A stretch of 64,000 nucleotides of DNA from a bacterium (GTDB lineage Bacteria; SZUA-182; DTGQ01; JAFGSM01), in assembly GCA_049472335.1 (NCBI GenBank), contig JBLIRO010000011.1, positions 5,084-69,083 of the forward strand, read 5' to 3'. The notes below the pieces were generated by a model. That model was not told the DNA's origin, made no database searches, and saw only the letters and a list, made by a program, of their open reading frames with translations. The translations under genes were made by a program, and so were the position numbers. This document shows positions 19,898-31,200 of the stretch, in pieces. Each line of letters starts with the position of its first letter. The first letter of the stretch is position 1.

Positions 19898-20866
19898 ATG
19901 AATAAAAGACCTATTTTTGATCGAAGAACGGTTTTTTTCTCAATTATGGTGCTTTTGCTCTTTTTTGTATTGGCATTCCTCATAATCAGGAATCCGTGTG
20001 GTCAGTTTCTGGCTAAGCACCCGGAATGGTTTTTACAAAGAGAACGAATGCTTGCAAACAAGCTGAGAGGTGTTGGTCTGCAAAGGCAGGCGGCAAGGGC
20101 ATTCGAGTCGTATCTGAAAGAAAGCGATATCGCGCCCGGCGAGATGGGAAAAATCGCCTATACCATCGGACAGATGTATATGGAATCCAAGGATTATGAA
20201 GAAGCATTGCCCTGGCTCTATAGAGCTGAACTGTCGGGTCCCGACACCGAGCTCAAATCTAAACTTGGGCCCTTGATAATAACCTGCCTTGAAAGGCTTG
20301 GTCATTATCAGGCTGCGGAATATGCTTTAAAGTCCAGGACAGCTCTCGATCCAAACCAGTTCGGTTCGGAAACCGAAGGAAACAAGGTCGTTGCCAGGAT
20401 CGGCCAGGATATCATTACCCTTAGTCAGATCAACGAGGCCTTTGACGGACTCCCTCCATGGATAAAAAAGGAATTCGCGGAGCCTGGTAAAAAAAAAGAA
20501 TTTGCGAAACAATACATTGTAGAGGAGATCCTTTACAGAAAAGGCCTAAAATTGGGCTATACAAAAGATCCAGCCAACATTAAAAAAGTCGAACAGTTTA
20601 AAAGACAACTGATAATCGGCCAGATCCAAAAAGAAGAGATCGAGGAAAAACTGACCGTTGATGAGGCGGATGTAAAAAACTATTTCATTGCCCATCAAGA
20701 AGATTATAAGGATCCAAATCAGAAATTGCTACCCAATTTTGAAGAGATAAAGAATAGAATTACGGAAGATTACAAACATGTTAAAATCCAGAAGATGTAT
20801 CAGGACCTTATCCAGCAAACTCTCTCGGGTACTGATGTAAAGTTGTATCTGGAAAATGTGAATTGA
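19898..20866 (+). CDS. Membrane-anchored TPR plus SurA/PrsA-N-like chaperone-domain protein
   Basis: N-terminal TM, TPR-like helices, VVARIGQDIITLSQI and EADVKNYF motifs; no rotamase core seen. Confidence 0.5.
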   Translation: MNKRPIFDRRTVFFSIMVLLLFFVLAFLIIRNPCGQFLAKHPEWFLQRERMLANKLRGVGLQRQAARAFESYLKESDIAPGEMGKIAYTIGQMYMESKDYEEALPWLYRAELSGPDTELKSKLGPLIITCLERLGHYQAAEYALKSRTALDPNQFGSETEGNKVVARIGQDIITLSQINEAFDGLPPWIKKEFAEPGKKKEFAKQYIVEEILYRKGLKLGYTKDPANIKKVEQFKRQLIIGQIQKEEIEEKLTVDEADVKNYFIAHQEDYKDPNQKLLPNFEEIKNRITEDYKHVKIQKMYQDLIQQTLSGTDVKLYLENVN

Positions 20867-20872
20867 TCATTC

Positions 20873-21922
20873 ATGTATAGAGAAGATTACAAAAATAAAC
20901 TGAATAACGGAAAATTTTTATTTTTAAGGCAGGCTGTATTCAGAGACCTTTTTATACTCTTTTTTATTTTTGCCATTCTGTCTTTTGGGTGTAAAATCAA
21001 AAAGGATAATGGCAAAAAAAGGTCTGAAACCGAAGAACAGGGAAAAACCGAACAGTTTTCACCCATAAAGGTGGAATCAATGGTAGACAACTCCCAGGTA
21101 GCGGTTGGAGATACGATAACTTATACCCTGAGTGTTGATTCAATTTCTGAAATAAAACCTAAAATTCCGGAAATGGGATCTAAAATCCTTGGCTTAAGGA
21201 TTATCGATATGGGGGCGGAAGGACCTAAAGAGGAAGGCGGCAGAAAGAAATGGGAAAAATGGTACAAGCTTCAGGCGGATATCACAGGTTCCTATATTAT
21301 TCCACATGTACAGGTTCTCTATGAAGACCCCAACGGAAATCAGTCTGAGGCAACCGCGCCCCAGATCTTTATAGAAGTGAAATCCATCATAAAAGAGGGG
21401 GAAGAGGCGGGCGACATCCATGATATCAAGCCCCTGCATAAAATAAAAAACAACCTCAAATCCCTCTACATTCTGGTCTCGGTTAGTGTTCTCCTGATAC
21501 TATTGATAATTCTCGGTGTATGGCTGTATTTTCGAAAAAAGAACAAGAAAGGCATCGCAGAAGAGCCAGCCCCAGAAGAGGTGGCCATAAAAGATCTGGA
21601 AAGGCTAAAGTCATCCGAATATTTGGAACAGCAGGACTACCGAAGTTTCTATTTCAGACTTTCAGAGATATTCCGTGCATACATGGAAAAACGGTTCAGC
21701 TTTCCCGCACAAGAAAGCACTACCGAAGAGCTGATACCTCAGATTGAACGACTTGACTTGACCAGAGCGCAGAAGGATATTGTGAGGCTCCTTGCCAGGG
21801 GAGAAGACCTGGTCAAGTTTGCCCGGCATAATCCAAGCATTGAAAAGGCACAGGAAGACTGGGAAGAGACCTGCCGTTTTATCCATGCTACAGCGGAGAA
21901 ACAGGAAACAGAAGAGGGATGA
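20873..21922 (+). CDS. Bat-operon accessory membrane protein (BatD-like N domain plus TM and helical C domain)
   Basis: Possible lipobox SFGC, VGDTITYTL, DIHDIKP, TM helix, ESTTEEL, DLVKFA. Confidence 0.65.
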   Translation: MYREDYKNKLNNGKFLFLRQAVFRDLFILFFIFAILSFGCKIKKDNGKKRSETEEQGKTEQFSPIKVESMVDNSQVAVGDTITYTLSVDSISEIKPKIPEMGSKILGLRIIDMGAEGPKEEGGRKKWEKWYKLQADITGSYIIPHVQVLYEDPNGNQSEATAPQIFIEVKSIIKEGEEAGDIHDIKPLHKIKNNLKSLYILVSVSVLLILLIILGVWLYFRKKNKKGIAEEPAPEEVAIKDLERLKSSEYLEQQDYRSFYFRLSEIFRAYMEKRFSFPAQESTTEELIPQIERLDLTRAQKDIVRLLARGEDLVKFARHNPSIEKAQEDWEETCRFIHATAEKQETEEG

Positions 21923-21928
21923 GCTGAA

Positions 21929-22939
21929 ATGCAAAGAATTTTCAGATTCGAAGATCCGTGGTTACTCCTTTTTCTTGGTATCATTCCGGTACTTTTCTAT
22001 ACCTACATAAAAAAACTCGGACATGCAAGGGTTCGCTTTTCATCAATACACAACCTGAAAAAGCTCAAACGTTCCAGATCCGTCTATGCCCGCCATTCCT
22101 TAATAGTATTGCGTTGCCTTTGCCTGGCCTTCATAATCCTTGCCATTGCAAGGCCCCAAGCGGGAAATAAACAGACCGAATACCTAAGTGAAGGGATCGA
22201 CATCATTCTTTGTATTGACACCTCAGGGAGCATGCAGGCCCTGGATTTTTCTATGGGAGGTAAAAGGATAGAAAGGCTCACTGTTGTAAAGGAAGTTGTA
22301 AAAAAATTCATCAGGGAAAGGACGAGTGACAGGATAGGCATGATTGTTTTTGGTCAGGAGGCATTCACCCAGTGCCCCCTGACCCTTGATTACGGTGTCC
22401 TTCTGAGTTTCCTCGATCGTGTAAAGATCGGGATGGCTGGTGAGGCCACAGCCATCGGCGATGCTGTTGCGTTGGGAGTTAAAAGGCTTAAGGCCCTAGA
22501 AAAGGCAAAGTCCCGGGTTATGATCCTCCTGACCGACGGCAGGAACAATACCGGAAGGATCGATCCGGTAACAGCCGCGGCGATCGCAAAGGAATTCGAT
22601 GTAAAGATTTATACGATAGGCGCAGGCACAGAGGGGGAGGCCCCGTTTTTGATAGAACACCCAATCTTCGGCAAGCAATATGTTTACCAGAAAGTGGATT
22701 TGGATGAGGATTCCTTGAGGGAGGTCGCACGGATAACGGATGGATACTATTTCAGGGCAAAGGATACCAGTGCGCTTGAAAAGGTATATGAACAGATAAA
22801 CACACTTGAAAAGACAGAGGTTAAGGTGAAAGAATATATGGAATACGAAGAGCTTTTTTGGTGGTTTCTGATACCTGCGCTGGCGCTCCTTTTGATAGAG
22901 GTAATTTTGTCACAAACAAGGTTCAGAAAAATACCATAA
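21929..22939 (+). CDS. batA: BatA-type vWA domain membrane protein
   Basis: FEDPWLL, ARPQ, MIDAS DTSGSM, DRIG, TAIGDA, LLTDG. Confidence 0.85.
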   Translation: MQRIFRFEDPWLLLFLGIIPVLFYTYIKKLGHARVRFSSIHNLKKLKRSRSVYARHSLIVLRCLCLAFIILAIARPQAGNKQTEYLSEGIDIILCIDTSGSMQALDFSMGGKRIERLTVVKEVVKKFIRERTSDRIGMIVFGQEAFTQCPLTLDYGVLLSFLDRVKIGMAGEATAIGDAVALGVKRLKALEKAKSRVMILLTDGRNNTGRIDPVTAAAIAKEFDVKIYTIGAGTEGEAPFLIEHPIFGKQYVYQKVDLDEDSLREVARITDGYYFRAKDTSALEKVYEQINTLEKTEVKVKEYMEYEELFWWFLIPALALLLIEVILSQTRFRKIP

Positions 22940-22975
22940 AAGAAACCAGTTTGATTATATAAATAAGGAGAGTAT

Positions 22976-24838
22976 TTGACAATGAAGTTCGCCGAGATAT
23001 CCATATGGGTTATTTCGCTTTTCTGGCTGATTCCGATCATGGCACTCTTTTATCTTTATTCCTTTAAGAAAAAGAAAAGGCTTGTTGAGATGTTCTGCAA
23101 AGATCACCTGAAAAAACATATAATGCCCGAACAGAGCCAGGGAAGACAATGGCTTAAGGCATTTTTGATAATCTTGAGCGTTATATTTATGATTTTTGCA
23201 TTAATGCGGCCGAGATGGGGTTTTCACTGGGAAGAGATAAAGCGTGTCGGCATAGATCTCATTGTCGCCATAGATTGTTCCCAGAGTATGATGGCCACCG
23301 ATGTCCAGCCAAACAGACTGGAAAGGGCAAAGAGGGAGATTCAGGACCTTTTGAAGATGCTTGATGGAGACAGGATAGGGCTCGTAGCCTTTGCAGGAAC
23401 CAGTTTTGTTCAATGTCCGCTTACCCTGGACTATGGCGCCTTCAGGATATTTTTGGACTATCTGGATACGGATCTCATCCCGGTGCAGGGCACGGCCATT
23501 GGCCAGGCCATCCGGGAATGCATAGGTTCCTTTGACAGGACTCAAAAGGGATCTAAGGCTATAATACTTATTACTGATGGAGAAGACCATGAGGGAGATC
23601 CCCTTGCCGTTGCAACTGAAGCAAAGCAGAAAGGGATAAAGATATTTCCCATAGGGATTGGCAAGGAAGGGGGCGCGCCTATTCCTCTTAAGGATGGTTC
23701 CGGATTTAAAAAGGACAGGCAGGGAAATCTTATTCTCAGCAAACTGGACGAAAAAACCCTTCAAAAAATGGCCCTTGAGACAGGAGGAAGTTATGTGCGC
23801 TCTGTAACCGGAGACCTGGACCTGGAAAAGATTTACCTGGAAGGCATAAAAAGATTGGATCAAAAGGAGCTCGCGAGCACCAAAAAAAGGATCTGGGAGG
23901 AAAGATTCCAGTGGTTTCTTTTCTTGTCTTTCATCCTTCTTTTCATTGAACAGTTGCTTCCCGAATACAGACGTATGCGTTTTAAAAGAATCAGCCTTTC
24001 TGTTTTTTCCATTTTTATGTGCATCCTTATCATACTCATGACAGGGAGTGTTACCCCGGTCAATTCCGGACTCATTCCCTCTTCAAAGGCAAGGGATGCG
24101 CAAAAACTATATTCCGCGGAAGAATATGATAAGGCGCTCCCGGTATTTTTGGACGCCCAGATCGACTCCCCTGAGGACCCCGTTCTGCATTACAATATTG
24201 CCAATACCTATTACAAGATGAATAATTACGAAGAGGCGAGCAAGAGTTATCAATCCGCTGCCATAGCAGCAAAGGACATTGAACTGGAAGAAAAGGCCTA
24301 TTACAACCTTGGAAACTGTACTTACCGAATGGGCAAACTGGACGAGGCCATCACCTGGTATCAAAAGGCCCTGGAGCTCAATCCTGAAGACGGGGATGCT
24401 AAATACAACCTGGAGTTTGTGCGTGAAGAGATAAAAAGGCGAATCAACCAGGCAAAAGAACAACAGGAAAAAGAGGGAAAAGAAGAAAACCAGAAGCAAT
24501 CCGATGAAAAACAGCAGGCACAGAGCAATCAAGGAGAAGGTAAAGGACAGCAGCAGCAACAGGAGGAAAAGAAGGAGCAGGGAAAACAGGAACAATCAGC
24601 CCAGGCAGAAACCGACCCGAATCAGGGAGGGCAAATAAAGGCAGCAGAAGAAGAGGATAAAGAAGGATCCGAAAAAGACAGTGAAGAGCAACAGTCAGCA
24701 AAGGGGCAAGCGATGAGAGAAATAAACCGCGAAGAGGCTGAACGGCTGCTTGAAAGCCTGGATGAAGGAGAAAAAAAGCCTTCCCAGGAACAGGTCATCC
24801 CCGGGATTGGGCGATATACCCCTGAAAAGGACTGGTGA
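22976..24838 (+). CDS. BatB-BatC-type fusion (vWA + TPR + Gln/Glu-rich tail)
   Basis: RPRWG, DCSQSM, ITDGEDH, TPRs with YNLGN, low-complexity Q/E/K region, terminal KDW. Confidence 0.85.
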   Translation: MTMKFAEISIWVISLFWLIPIMALFYLYSFKKKKRLVEMFCKDHLKKHIMPEQSQGRQWLKAFLIILSVIFMIFALMRPRWGFHWEEIKRVGIDLIVAIDCSQSMMATDVQPNRLERAKREIQDLLKMLDGDRIGLVAFAGTSFVQCPLTLDYGAFRIFLDYLDTDLIPVQGTAIGQAIRECIGSFDRTQKGSKAIILITDGEDHEGDPLAVATEAKQKGIKIFPIGIGKEGGAPIPLKDGSGFKKDRQGNLILSKLDEKTLQKMALETGGSYVRSVTGDLDLEKIYLEGIKRLDQKELASTKKRIWEERFQWFLFLSFILLFIEQLLPEYRRMRFKRISLSVFSIFMCILIILMTGSVTPVNSGLIPSSKARDAQKLYSAEEYDKALPVFLDAQIDSPEDPVLHYNIANTYYKMNNYEEASKSYQSAAIAAKDIELEEKAYYNLGNCTYRMGKLDEAITWYQKALELNPEDGDAKYNLEFVREEIKRRINQAKEQQEKEGKEENQKQSDEKQQAQSNQGEGKGQQQQQEEKKEQGKQEQSAQAETDPNQGGQIKAAEEEDKEGSEKDSEEQQSAKGQAMREINREEAERLLESLDEGEKKPSQEQVIPGIGRYTPEKDW

Positions 24839-24839
24839 A

Positions 24840-26651
24840 ATGCAAAATATAAACAAATGGGATATTTGGCACAAGATATTCTTTTGTATAATAATTTTCA
24901 ATTTCATATATGCAAAGCCGGCATTGGGAGCTGACTTTCAGGTGGGGATAACGGCTGATAAAACCAGTGTTGTTCCTGGTGAACAGATCCGTATCATTAT
25001 ATCCGTTCAGGGGGTAAAAAATGCTCCTGAACCGGAATTCCCGGAATCTGATTCTTACGATGTCTACTTTCAGGGCAGATCCTCCAGGTTTGAGATAGTA
25101 AACGGGCAGTTCAACTCCAGTCTTGATTTTAATTATGCCCTTGTCCCATCCAAGAAAGGTGACATCACCATACCCCCTATCCCTGTAAAAATTGCCGGGG
25201 AAATCCGGCGCACCACGCCCCTTACTATACATGTTTCTTCCCGGCCATCAACAGATGAAACGCAGGAATCCGATAATGCGATCTTTACAACAGCCGATGT
25301 AAATGATCAGGAGCCTTTTGTTAATCAACAGATCATCTATACCTTCAGGCTCTTCCGCAGGGCGCAAATACAGGGCGCCAGCATGGAATCTCTTGAATTT
25401 GAAGGTTTTCGTGTAGAAAAACTTGGTAAGGAAAGAGAATATTCCCAGGTCATAAAGGGAAAACAATACACAGTTACAGAATTAAGATACGCCCTTTTCC
25501 CTCAAAGATCGGGCGTATTAACTATTCCAGCGGCCAGACTACAATGCAATGTACTTTACAGAAGAAGCAAAAACAGGTCTCCTTTTGACAGCTTTTTTGA
25601 TGATCCTTTCTTCGGAGGTTTTGGAAGGACCGAGAGAAAAACGGAATTTTTTTCCACAGAACCGATCCGGATCCATGTAAAACCGTTACCGAGGCCTGAA
25701 AACAAGGACCTCGCCACACCTCTTGTAGGCACATTCAGCCTTAAGGCGCAATTAAGCCAGAAAGAAATAAAGGTGGGAGATTCTGCGACAATCACCATTT
25801 CCATAACAGGGAAGGGAAATATCCATGACATACCTGAGCCGGTTATTCCTGATATCCCTGACTTCAAGTTCTATGAGGATAAACCCTCTCTAAATGTTGA
25901 AGCAACATTGGACGGGATTTCAGGAACAAAAACCTTTAAGAAGGCCCTTGTGCCTACAAAACCCGGAGAATACCGGATACCTCCCATAAAGATCCCATTC
26001 CTGGATCCTGATTCAGGCACCTATCGTATCGCCTCCACTCAACCCTTTTCTATAATAGTACTTCCTGGAGCGGAAGAAGAAAAGCTCAACCTGGTCGGGG
26101 GAGAGGGACGGATAGTTAAAAAAGAAGAGATAAAGCTCCTGGGTAAGGATATCCTTCCTCCAATGACTTCCATAGCTGCACTCCGGGACCAATCGGTAAG
26201 ATGGTTAAATCCACTCCTTCTTCTCATGATTTTTCTCCCTCCTTTTACCTTTTTTTCATTTTTTGTGTGCGAAAAGAAAAAAAGGCACATGGCTTCCGAT
26301 CAGGCTTTTTATTGTCGCAAAAAGGCCCTTGTAGGATGGAAAAAAAGAAGAAAAACAATCTTATCATTGATAGATAAAAAACCTGATGAATTTTACAGCC
26401 AAACCTCCAAAAGCTTAAGACAGTTTCTCGGAGACAGGCTTACTGTGACCGGTCAGGCACTTACAGCGCAGGAGATGGACAAGAAACTGGAAGACCGTCA
26501 TGTGCCTCCGGATTTAAGAACTCTCCTTAAAGGTCATCTGCAGGTTTTAGAGAAAGGGGCGTTTGGCGTTCTAAATCAGAATACAGAAGAAAGGAAGGCT
26601 TTATTCAAAGATCTGGAAAAGTCGATAAACCGGCTTTTGCGATATATATAA
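24840..26651 (+). CDS. batD: BatD family protein
   Basis: Repeated Ig-like BatD domains, FFDDPFFG insert, C-terminal TM. ATG 24840 follows the upstream stop; the track start (24750) overlaps that gene. Confidence 0.8.
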   Translation: MQNINKWDIWHKIFFCIIIFNFIYAKPALGADFQVGITADKTSVVPGEQIRIIISVQGVKNAPEPEFPESDSYDVYFQGRSSRFEIVNGQFNSSLDFNYALVPSKKGDITIPPIPVKIAGEIRRTTPLTIHVSSRPSTDETQESDNAIFTTADVNDQEPFVNQQIIYTFRLFRRAQIQGASMESLEFEGFRVEKLGKEREYSQVIKGKQYTVTELRYALFPQRSGVLTIPAARLQCNVLYRRSKNRSPFDSFFDDPFFGGFGRTERKTEFFSTEPIRIHVKPLPRPENKDLATPLVGTFSLKAQLSQKEIKVGDSATITISITGKGNIHDIPEPVIPDIPDFKFYEDKPSLNVEATLDGISGTKTFKKALVPTKPGEYRIPPIKIPFLDPDSGTYRIASTQPFSIIVLPGAEEEKLNLVGGEGRIVKKEEIKLLGKDILPPMTSIAALRDQSVRWLNPLLLLMIFLPPFTFFSFFVCEKKKRHMASDQAFYCRKKALVGWKKRRKTILSLIDKKPDEFYSQTSKSLRQFLGDRLTVTGQALTAQEMDKKLEDRHVPPDLRTLLKGHLQVLEKGAFGVLNQNTEERKALFKDLEKSINRLLRYI

Positions 26652-26747
26652 AAAAATGCAAAAAATATGCGACAATCAAGCATCTAGGATTAATAAGGGA
26701 GTTCAGAAATATGCCAATAGAACGGAGAGAACGGAGTCGATAAGAAG

Positions 26748-27554
26748 ATGGAAGGAATAAGAAGGAAAAAAAGGGGAGGTCCGGTCCTTTCAGGTCTTTT
26801 TCTTATCAATTTTATTTTACTTTTGTCCCCTTTACTTTACACACCTGGATCGCTTGCCGCAGATAAAGGCAGAATCCCTCAGCTTTTCCTTGAAGCCAAT
26901 CAAGCCTATGAAAAAGATGATTACAGGACTTCATCAGAGCTATACGAGGAGGTTTTGGATAGCGGCATACATTCAGGAATGATCTATTATAACCTCGGCA
27001 ATTGTTATGTGAAAATGGGGCAAACGGGCAAGGCGCTGCTCAATTATAGAAAGGCGGAACGTTTGATTCCGAGAAACGGTGACCTGAAATTCAACCTGCA
27101 ATATGTCCTGGAACAGAGAAGGGATAAAATCGAGACAAAAAACAAGATCCCGTTTGCCAGGGCCTTTTTTTTCTGGTATTACTGGCTTAGTCTCAAGGAA
27201 CTGCTCTTCATCTTTATAGCTGTCAATCTCCTTTTCTGGTTCCTGTCACTCTTCCTCTTGTATAAAAGGAATGATACAGTCAAATGGATAAGGGCAATAG
27301 CCTTTTGCCTTTTTCTCATTTTTGGAATAAGTCTGGGAATAAAGGTCTACGCCCAAAAACTTATTCATCAAGGGGTAGTCATAACATCCGAAGCAACAGT
27401 CAGGTCCGGCAACGGACATAACCACTCGGCCCTGTTTATACTTCACGAAGGATCTGAATTCAGAGTCGAAGAAAGAACAACAGGGTGGACAAAGATTGGT
27501 CTAGCGGACGGCAAGATCGGCTGGATCTCTTCCGACGCTATAGAGATTATTTAA
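26748..27554 (+). CDS. batE: BatE-type TPR + SH3 protein
   Basis: ANQAYE, YYNLGNCY TPR, two TMs, LHEG...GWI SH3-like end. Confidence 0.8.
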   Translation: MEGIRRKKRGGPVLSGLFLINFILLLSPLLYTPGSLAADKGRIPQLFLEANQAYEKDDYRTSSELYEEVLDSGIHSGMIYYNLGNCYVKMGQTGKALLNYRKAERLIPRNGDLKFNLQYVLEQRRDKIETKNKIPFARAFFFWYYWLSLKELLFIFIAVNLLFWFLSLFLLYKRNDTVKWIRAIAFCLFLIFGISLGIKVYAQKLIHQGVVITSEATVRSGNGHNHSALFILHEGSEFRVEERTTGWTKIGLADGKIGWISSDAIEII

Positions 27555-27555
27555 A

Positions 27556-28227
27556 TCAGAACTCGAACAAAAGCCCCATATAATAAAACCAGCCGCTCAT
27601 ATCAGTTTCATTGGGCTTTAGATCATCAAATTCTTTTAAATCCGCGTACCTGGCCTCGAAGGTTAAATAAGTAGCGTTGACACCGTATTTATTATCAAAA
27701 CGTTCCGAAGCATCAGGACTGAGACGATTAAGAAAAAACTGAAAACCGGCATTCACATGATAACCTTTTCGATTTACGTGAATGGATCCGGGCTCGGGAT
27801 TATTAGGATCCGGTCTAAACTCCCCTTTTTGCTTGAAATAACTATAGTCTGCCCCGCCACCTATATACGGAACTATAAACTGTTGGGGTGAAAATTTAAA
27901 CCTTATATTTACGGATGCCTCAAAGGGGATATTATAGTAATAATACTCCGGCTCATTCCCCCTCATATACCCGACACCCAATCCTACCTGAAGAAATTGT
28001 CTGAAGATCTCACGATTTATCTTCAATCCCCCAATAATCTCATAATTCCTTCTAAAAACACTATCCTTAATCTTGGGCGTATCTAAGACATAGTATCCCC
28101 ACCTGGTCTCCAGAGAGATATTTTTTCTTGGAGATGGCGCCTCCGCATATGAAATCAATGGACAAATTAAAATATAAATAAGAAACGACATAAAAAAAAT
28201 AAAAAACGGGTACCTTTTTTTCATCAA
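27556..28227 (-). CDS. Small outer-membrane beta-barrel (MXAN_2562-like)
   Basis: Signal peptide, VPYIGGG, FLNRLSPDASERFDNKYGVNATY, terminal GLLFEF; family assignment from recalled motif resemblance only. Confidence 0.6.
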   Translation of the reverse strand: MMKKRYPFFIFFMSFLIYILICPLISYAEAPSPRKNISLETRWGYYVLDTPKIKDSVFRRNYEIIGGLKINREIFRQFLQVGLGVGYMRGNEPEYYYYNIPFEASVNIRFKFSPQQFIVPYIGGGADYSYFKQKGEFRPDPNNPEPGSIHVNRKGYHVNAGFQFFLNRLSPDASERFDNKYGVNATYLTFEARYADLKEFDDLKPNETDMSGWFYYMGLLFEF

Positions 28228-28293
28228 TCAATCTCTCTCCTTTTAGCAAGAAATATATTTCGTTGAACCTCTTGATCTTATGTAAAATCAGAG

Positions 28294-31200
28294 CTATCTG
28301 ACATTTTTATCATCAGATATGTTCTTTATTTGGAAATTCTTCTTTCTGCAAAAAAATCCAATTAAAAACAGAAAAACACACATTATCATGGAAAAGAGGA
28401 TTATAATCCTACTATTTATTTTCCCGTTCTCTCCTGTCCGGCCTATGAAGCAGCCTGACTCCTCATTCGGATCAAACAATCCATTGTAAGGCAGCAGGAT
28501 CTTCATGACTCCTTCACTATTATACCGAAAAAGACCGTTTGATGACCCAAACCATACAATCCCCCTCTGATCAACCACAAGTGCCGTTATATTCATAAAA
28601 TCCTGATTCACATTTTCGTTATTGAAATATTCCCATTTTGAGCTTTCCAGAACGTGTTTTGTGGCTCCACCGGGACTGTCTCCATAACTATAATGTCCCA
28701 GCCATAAATCATTACCTTTTCGATCTATATCTGTGATATAAAGATTGAGGAATTGAACATCGCCCTGGCCATTAGTATAATGGCTCCATATCCTGTCTTC
28801 ATAGTTAAAATGAGACAGTCCCAATCTAAAAGAGTTGGGATCAAGGATAGATAAAGGATCAATGCTCAGCACCCAGATATCGCCATCATCATCCTTATCC
28901 AATCTAAAAACAGCTTTCCAGCCGGGATACCCCGGATAAACATCCTTTAGGAGCCTATCATCCCCTGTGTCGGGATTAAAAATGACTATCCCTTTATATT
29001 CCTCTTTGGGGAGGCCGTTAGGATCTTTGGAGATGTCAGAGATCCCGATCCAAACCTGGCCATTTGGATCCGTGGTCAAAGAATATATAAAGTTACCTTG
29101 AGTGGTAACACTGGAATCGGAAAAGGGATCCTGCCCGGATTCATATCTAATCAATTTACTGGAAAACTTTATAGAATTGGGATCAAATTTAATTGCATTG
29201 GCATCATCATAATATGGGCTGGTATCATCACTATAATATGCGCTTGAAGACAGATACTGTTGTGATTTTACCACCCATACCCGTCCACGATTATCCGCAG
29301 CCATACCAAGGAAATTGATATTCGGATCAGGATCTTCATATGGTGTCCAAGTAATACCGTCATATTCAAACAGGCCAGCCGAAGTCCATGCCCAAAGATG
29401 ATTATCTGTTGGTGTGATCTGCAATGACAATACATCCAAATTCTGTTTGAAATACGACCATTCACTACCATCCAGTCTTGCCATGCCACCGCTGCTTGAA
29501 TCTGTTACCTGACCGGTCTGAGAATCTCTTTTCAGCCTAAATCCGACCCAAAGTTTATTATCCTTATCCAGGGCCAGGGAAGAGACAAATTTACCGGCAT
29601 GAAAGGTTTGCCACATCAGCTCAATCGGAGTTTCGGGCTCAACAACGAATTCATGCTCTTCTGTCGGGGTTCCGGTCACAGATCTGCCCGATTTCTCAAA
29701 ATAAAACATGTAAGAAATACTTCCGCCATCACTCAGATTAATTGTCCTGGTATAAGAATAGACTACACCATCCATATAGTCGTTATCATTCGGATCCACC
29801 TTGCGCATATCAAATTTCTCATCATCCTCGTAGTTATCGTTTGCATCGAGATCTATCCACACCTGGGCCTTATCCGGTTCTATATTTTCATCATCCGAGT
29901 ATTGAACCCTGAACTCAAACTTTGTTCCGCTCTTTCCTGACTCCGGAGATACTCCATTTACAAAACCTGTATCATCCGTAAAGGTGAGGACGACAAGGGG
30001 CTCTATATTGAGATCGTGATCGTTTGCCGGGGTTCCGGGCACTGCAGAAGAATCCTTTTCAAAATAATATTTATAAGGCAGGGTCGCAGGCTCATAATCA
30101 AATCCCGTTATTGTTATGGTATAGAAATAGACAACACCATCCGTATAGTTTTGGTCGTTCGGATCCAAGGGGAGCATATCGAATTTCTCGTCATCCTCAT
30201 AGCTATTATTGGTATCGAGATCTAGCCATACCTGGGCTTTATCCGGCGGGGTGTTTCCTTTGTCCGAGTATTGAACCCTGAACTCAAACTCTTCCCCGCT
30301 CTTTCCCGGATTGGGAGATACCCCGTTAACAAAACCTGCATCATCCGTAAAGGTCAGGATTGTATCAGGCGGTATATATCTGACAACACCATCGACAGTG
30401 GCGAACCAGACAGTTCTCTCCGCGTCAATGGCAAGCTCGTTAATCTTGTTGAAGGACTGTCCTGATGGTGAATCATTGCTGTTTAAAACCTGCCATGTCC
30501 CTGTTGTCAGATTGTGATAAGTAGCTCCACCCATTAGAGTTTCGGACTCAGGTGTATGTCCGAGCCACAAATCATCTCCCCTGCGATCAATGGCCATCAC
30601 TAAATTACTTCCCAGGTTCACCCCGTTTTCACCATCTATATACTGTGTCCATGTCTTTTGCTCCGAGCTGTAATGAGAAAGGCCCATACCTTTAAAAATC
30701 CCATATCTGGATATTTCGTTGGGGTCCTCTCTGAGGGACTGACTTCCCACCCATACGTCTCCTGATGCGTCTATGTATATGGTATTGATATAATCGCCCC
30801 CCGGATAATCTCCCTCGGAGCTGTTGAAACGAGTTACTACCTGCTCCGCATTCGGATCAAAAAGGACAATCCCTTTATAATCCTCTTTTATTCTATCATT
30901 TGGATCAGTGACAACGTCTATTATACCAGCCCATAAAATGCCGTTTGTGTCTATGTCCATGGCAGTTATAAAATCGGCGCCCAGAATTTTCCTTTTATAA
31001 AAGGTCCACTCTCCGGAATCATATCTTGCAAGCCCGCCGCCATAAATCTCAAAATTGGGGTCTTTAAAGCTATTGGGGTCATTAAAGGCATTAGGGTCCT
31101 GCAATGTATTGGGATCCACGGTTAAGACATCCGCCCATATATTGCCGTCATCATCCGAGGCTATAATATTCACATGATCACTATTTGGATCTATTTGCGT

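Noticed and set aside
24440-24720. Purine-rich low-complexity stretch and its antisense hydrophobic ORFs (24107-24595, 24444-24701)
   Set aside because: It is the Gln/Glu/Lys-rich linker typical of BatC-like tails; the antisense ORFs are shadows.
26719-26738. Short tandem AGAACGGAG x2 between batD and batE
   Set aside because: Only two units, no further copies seen, and no evident function.
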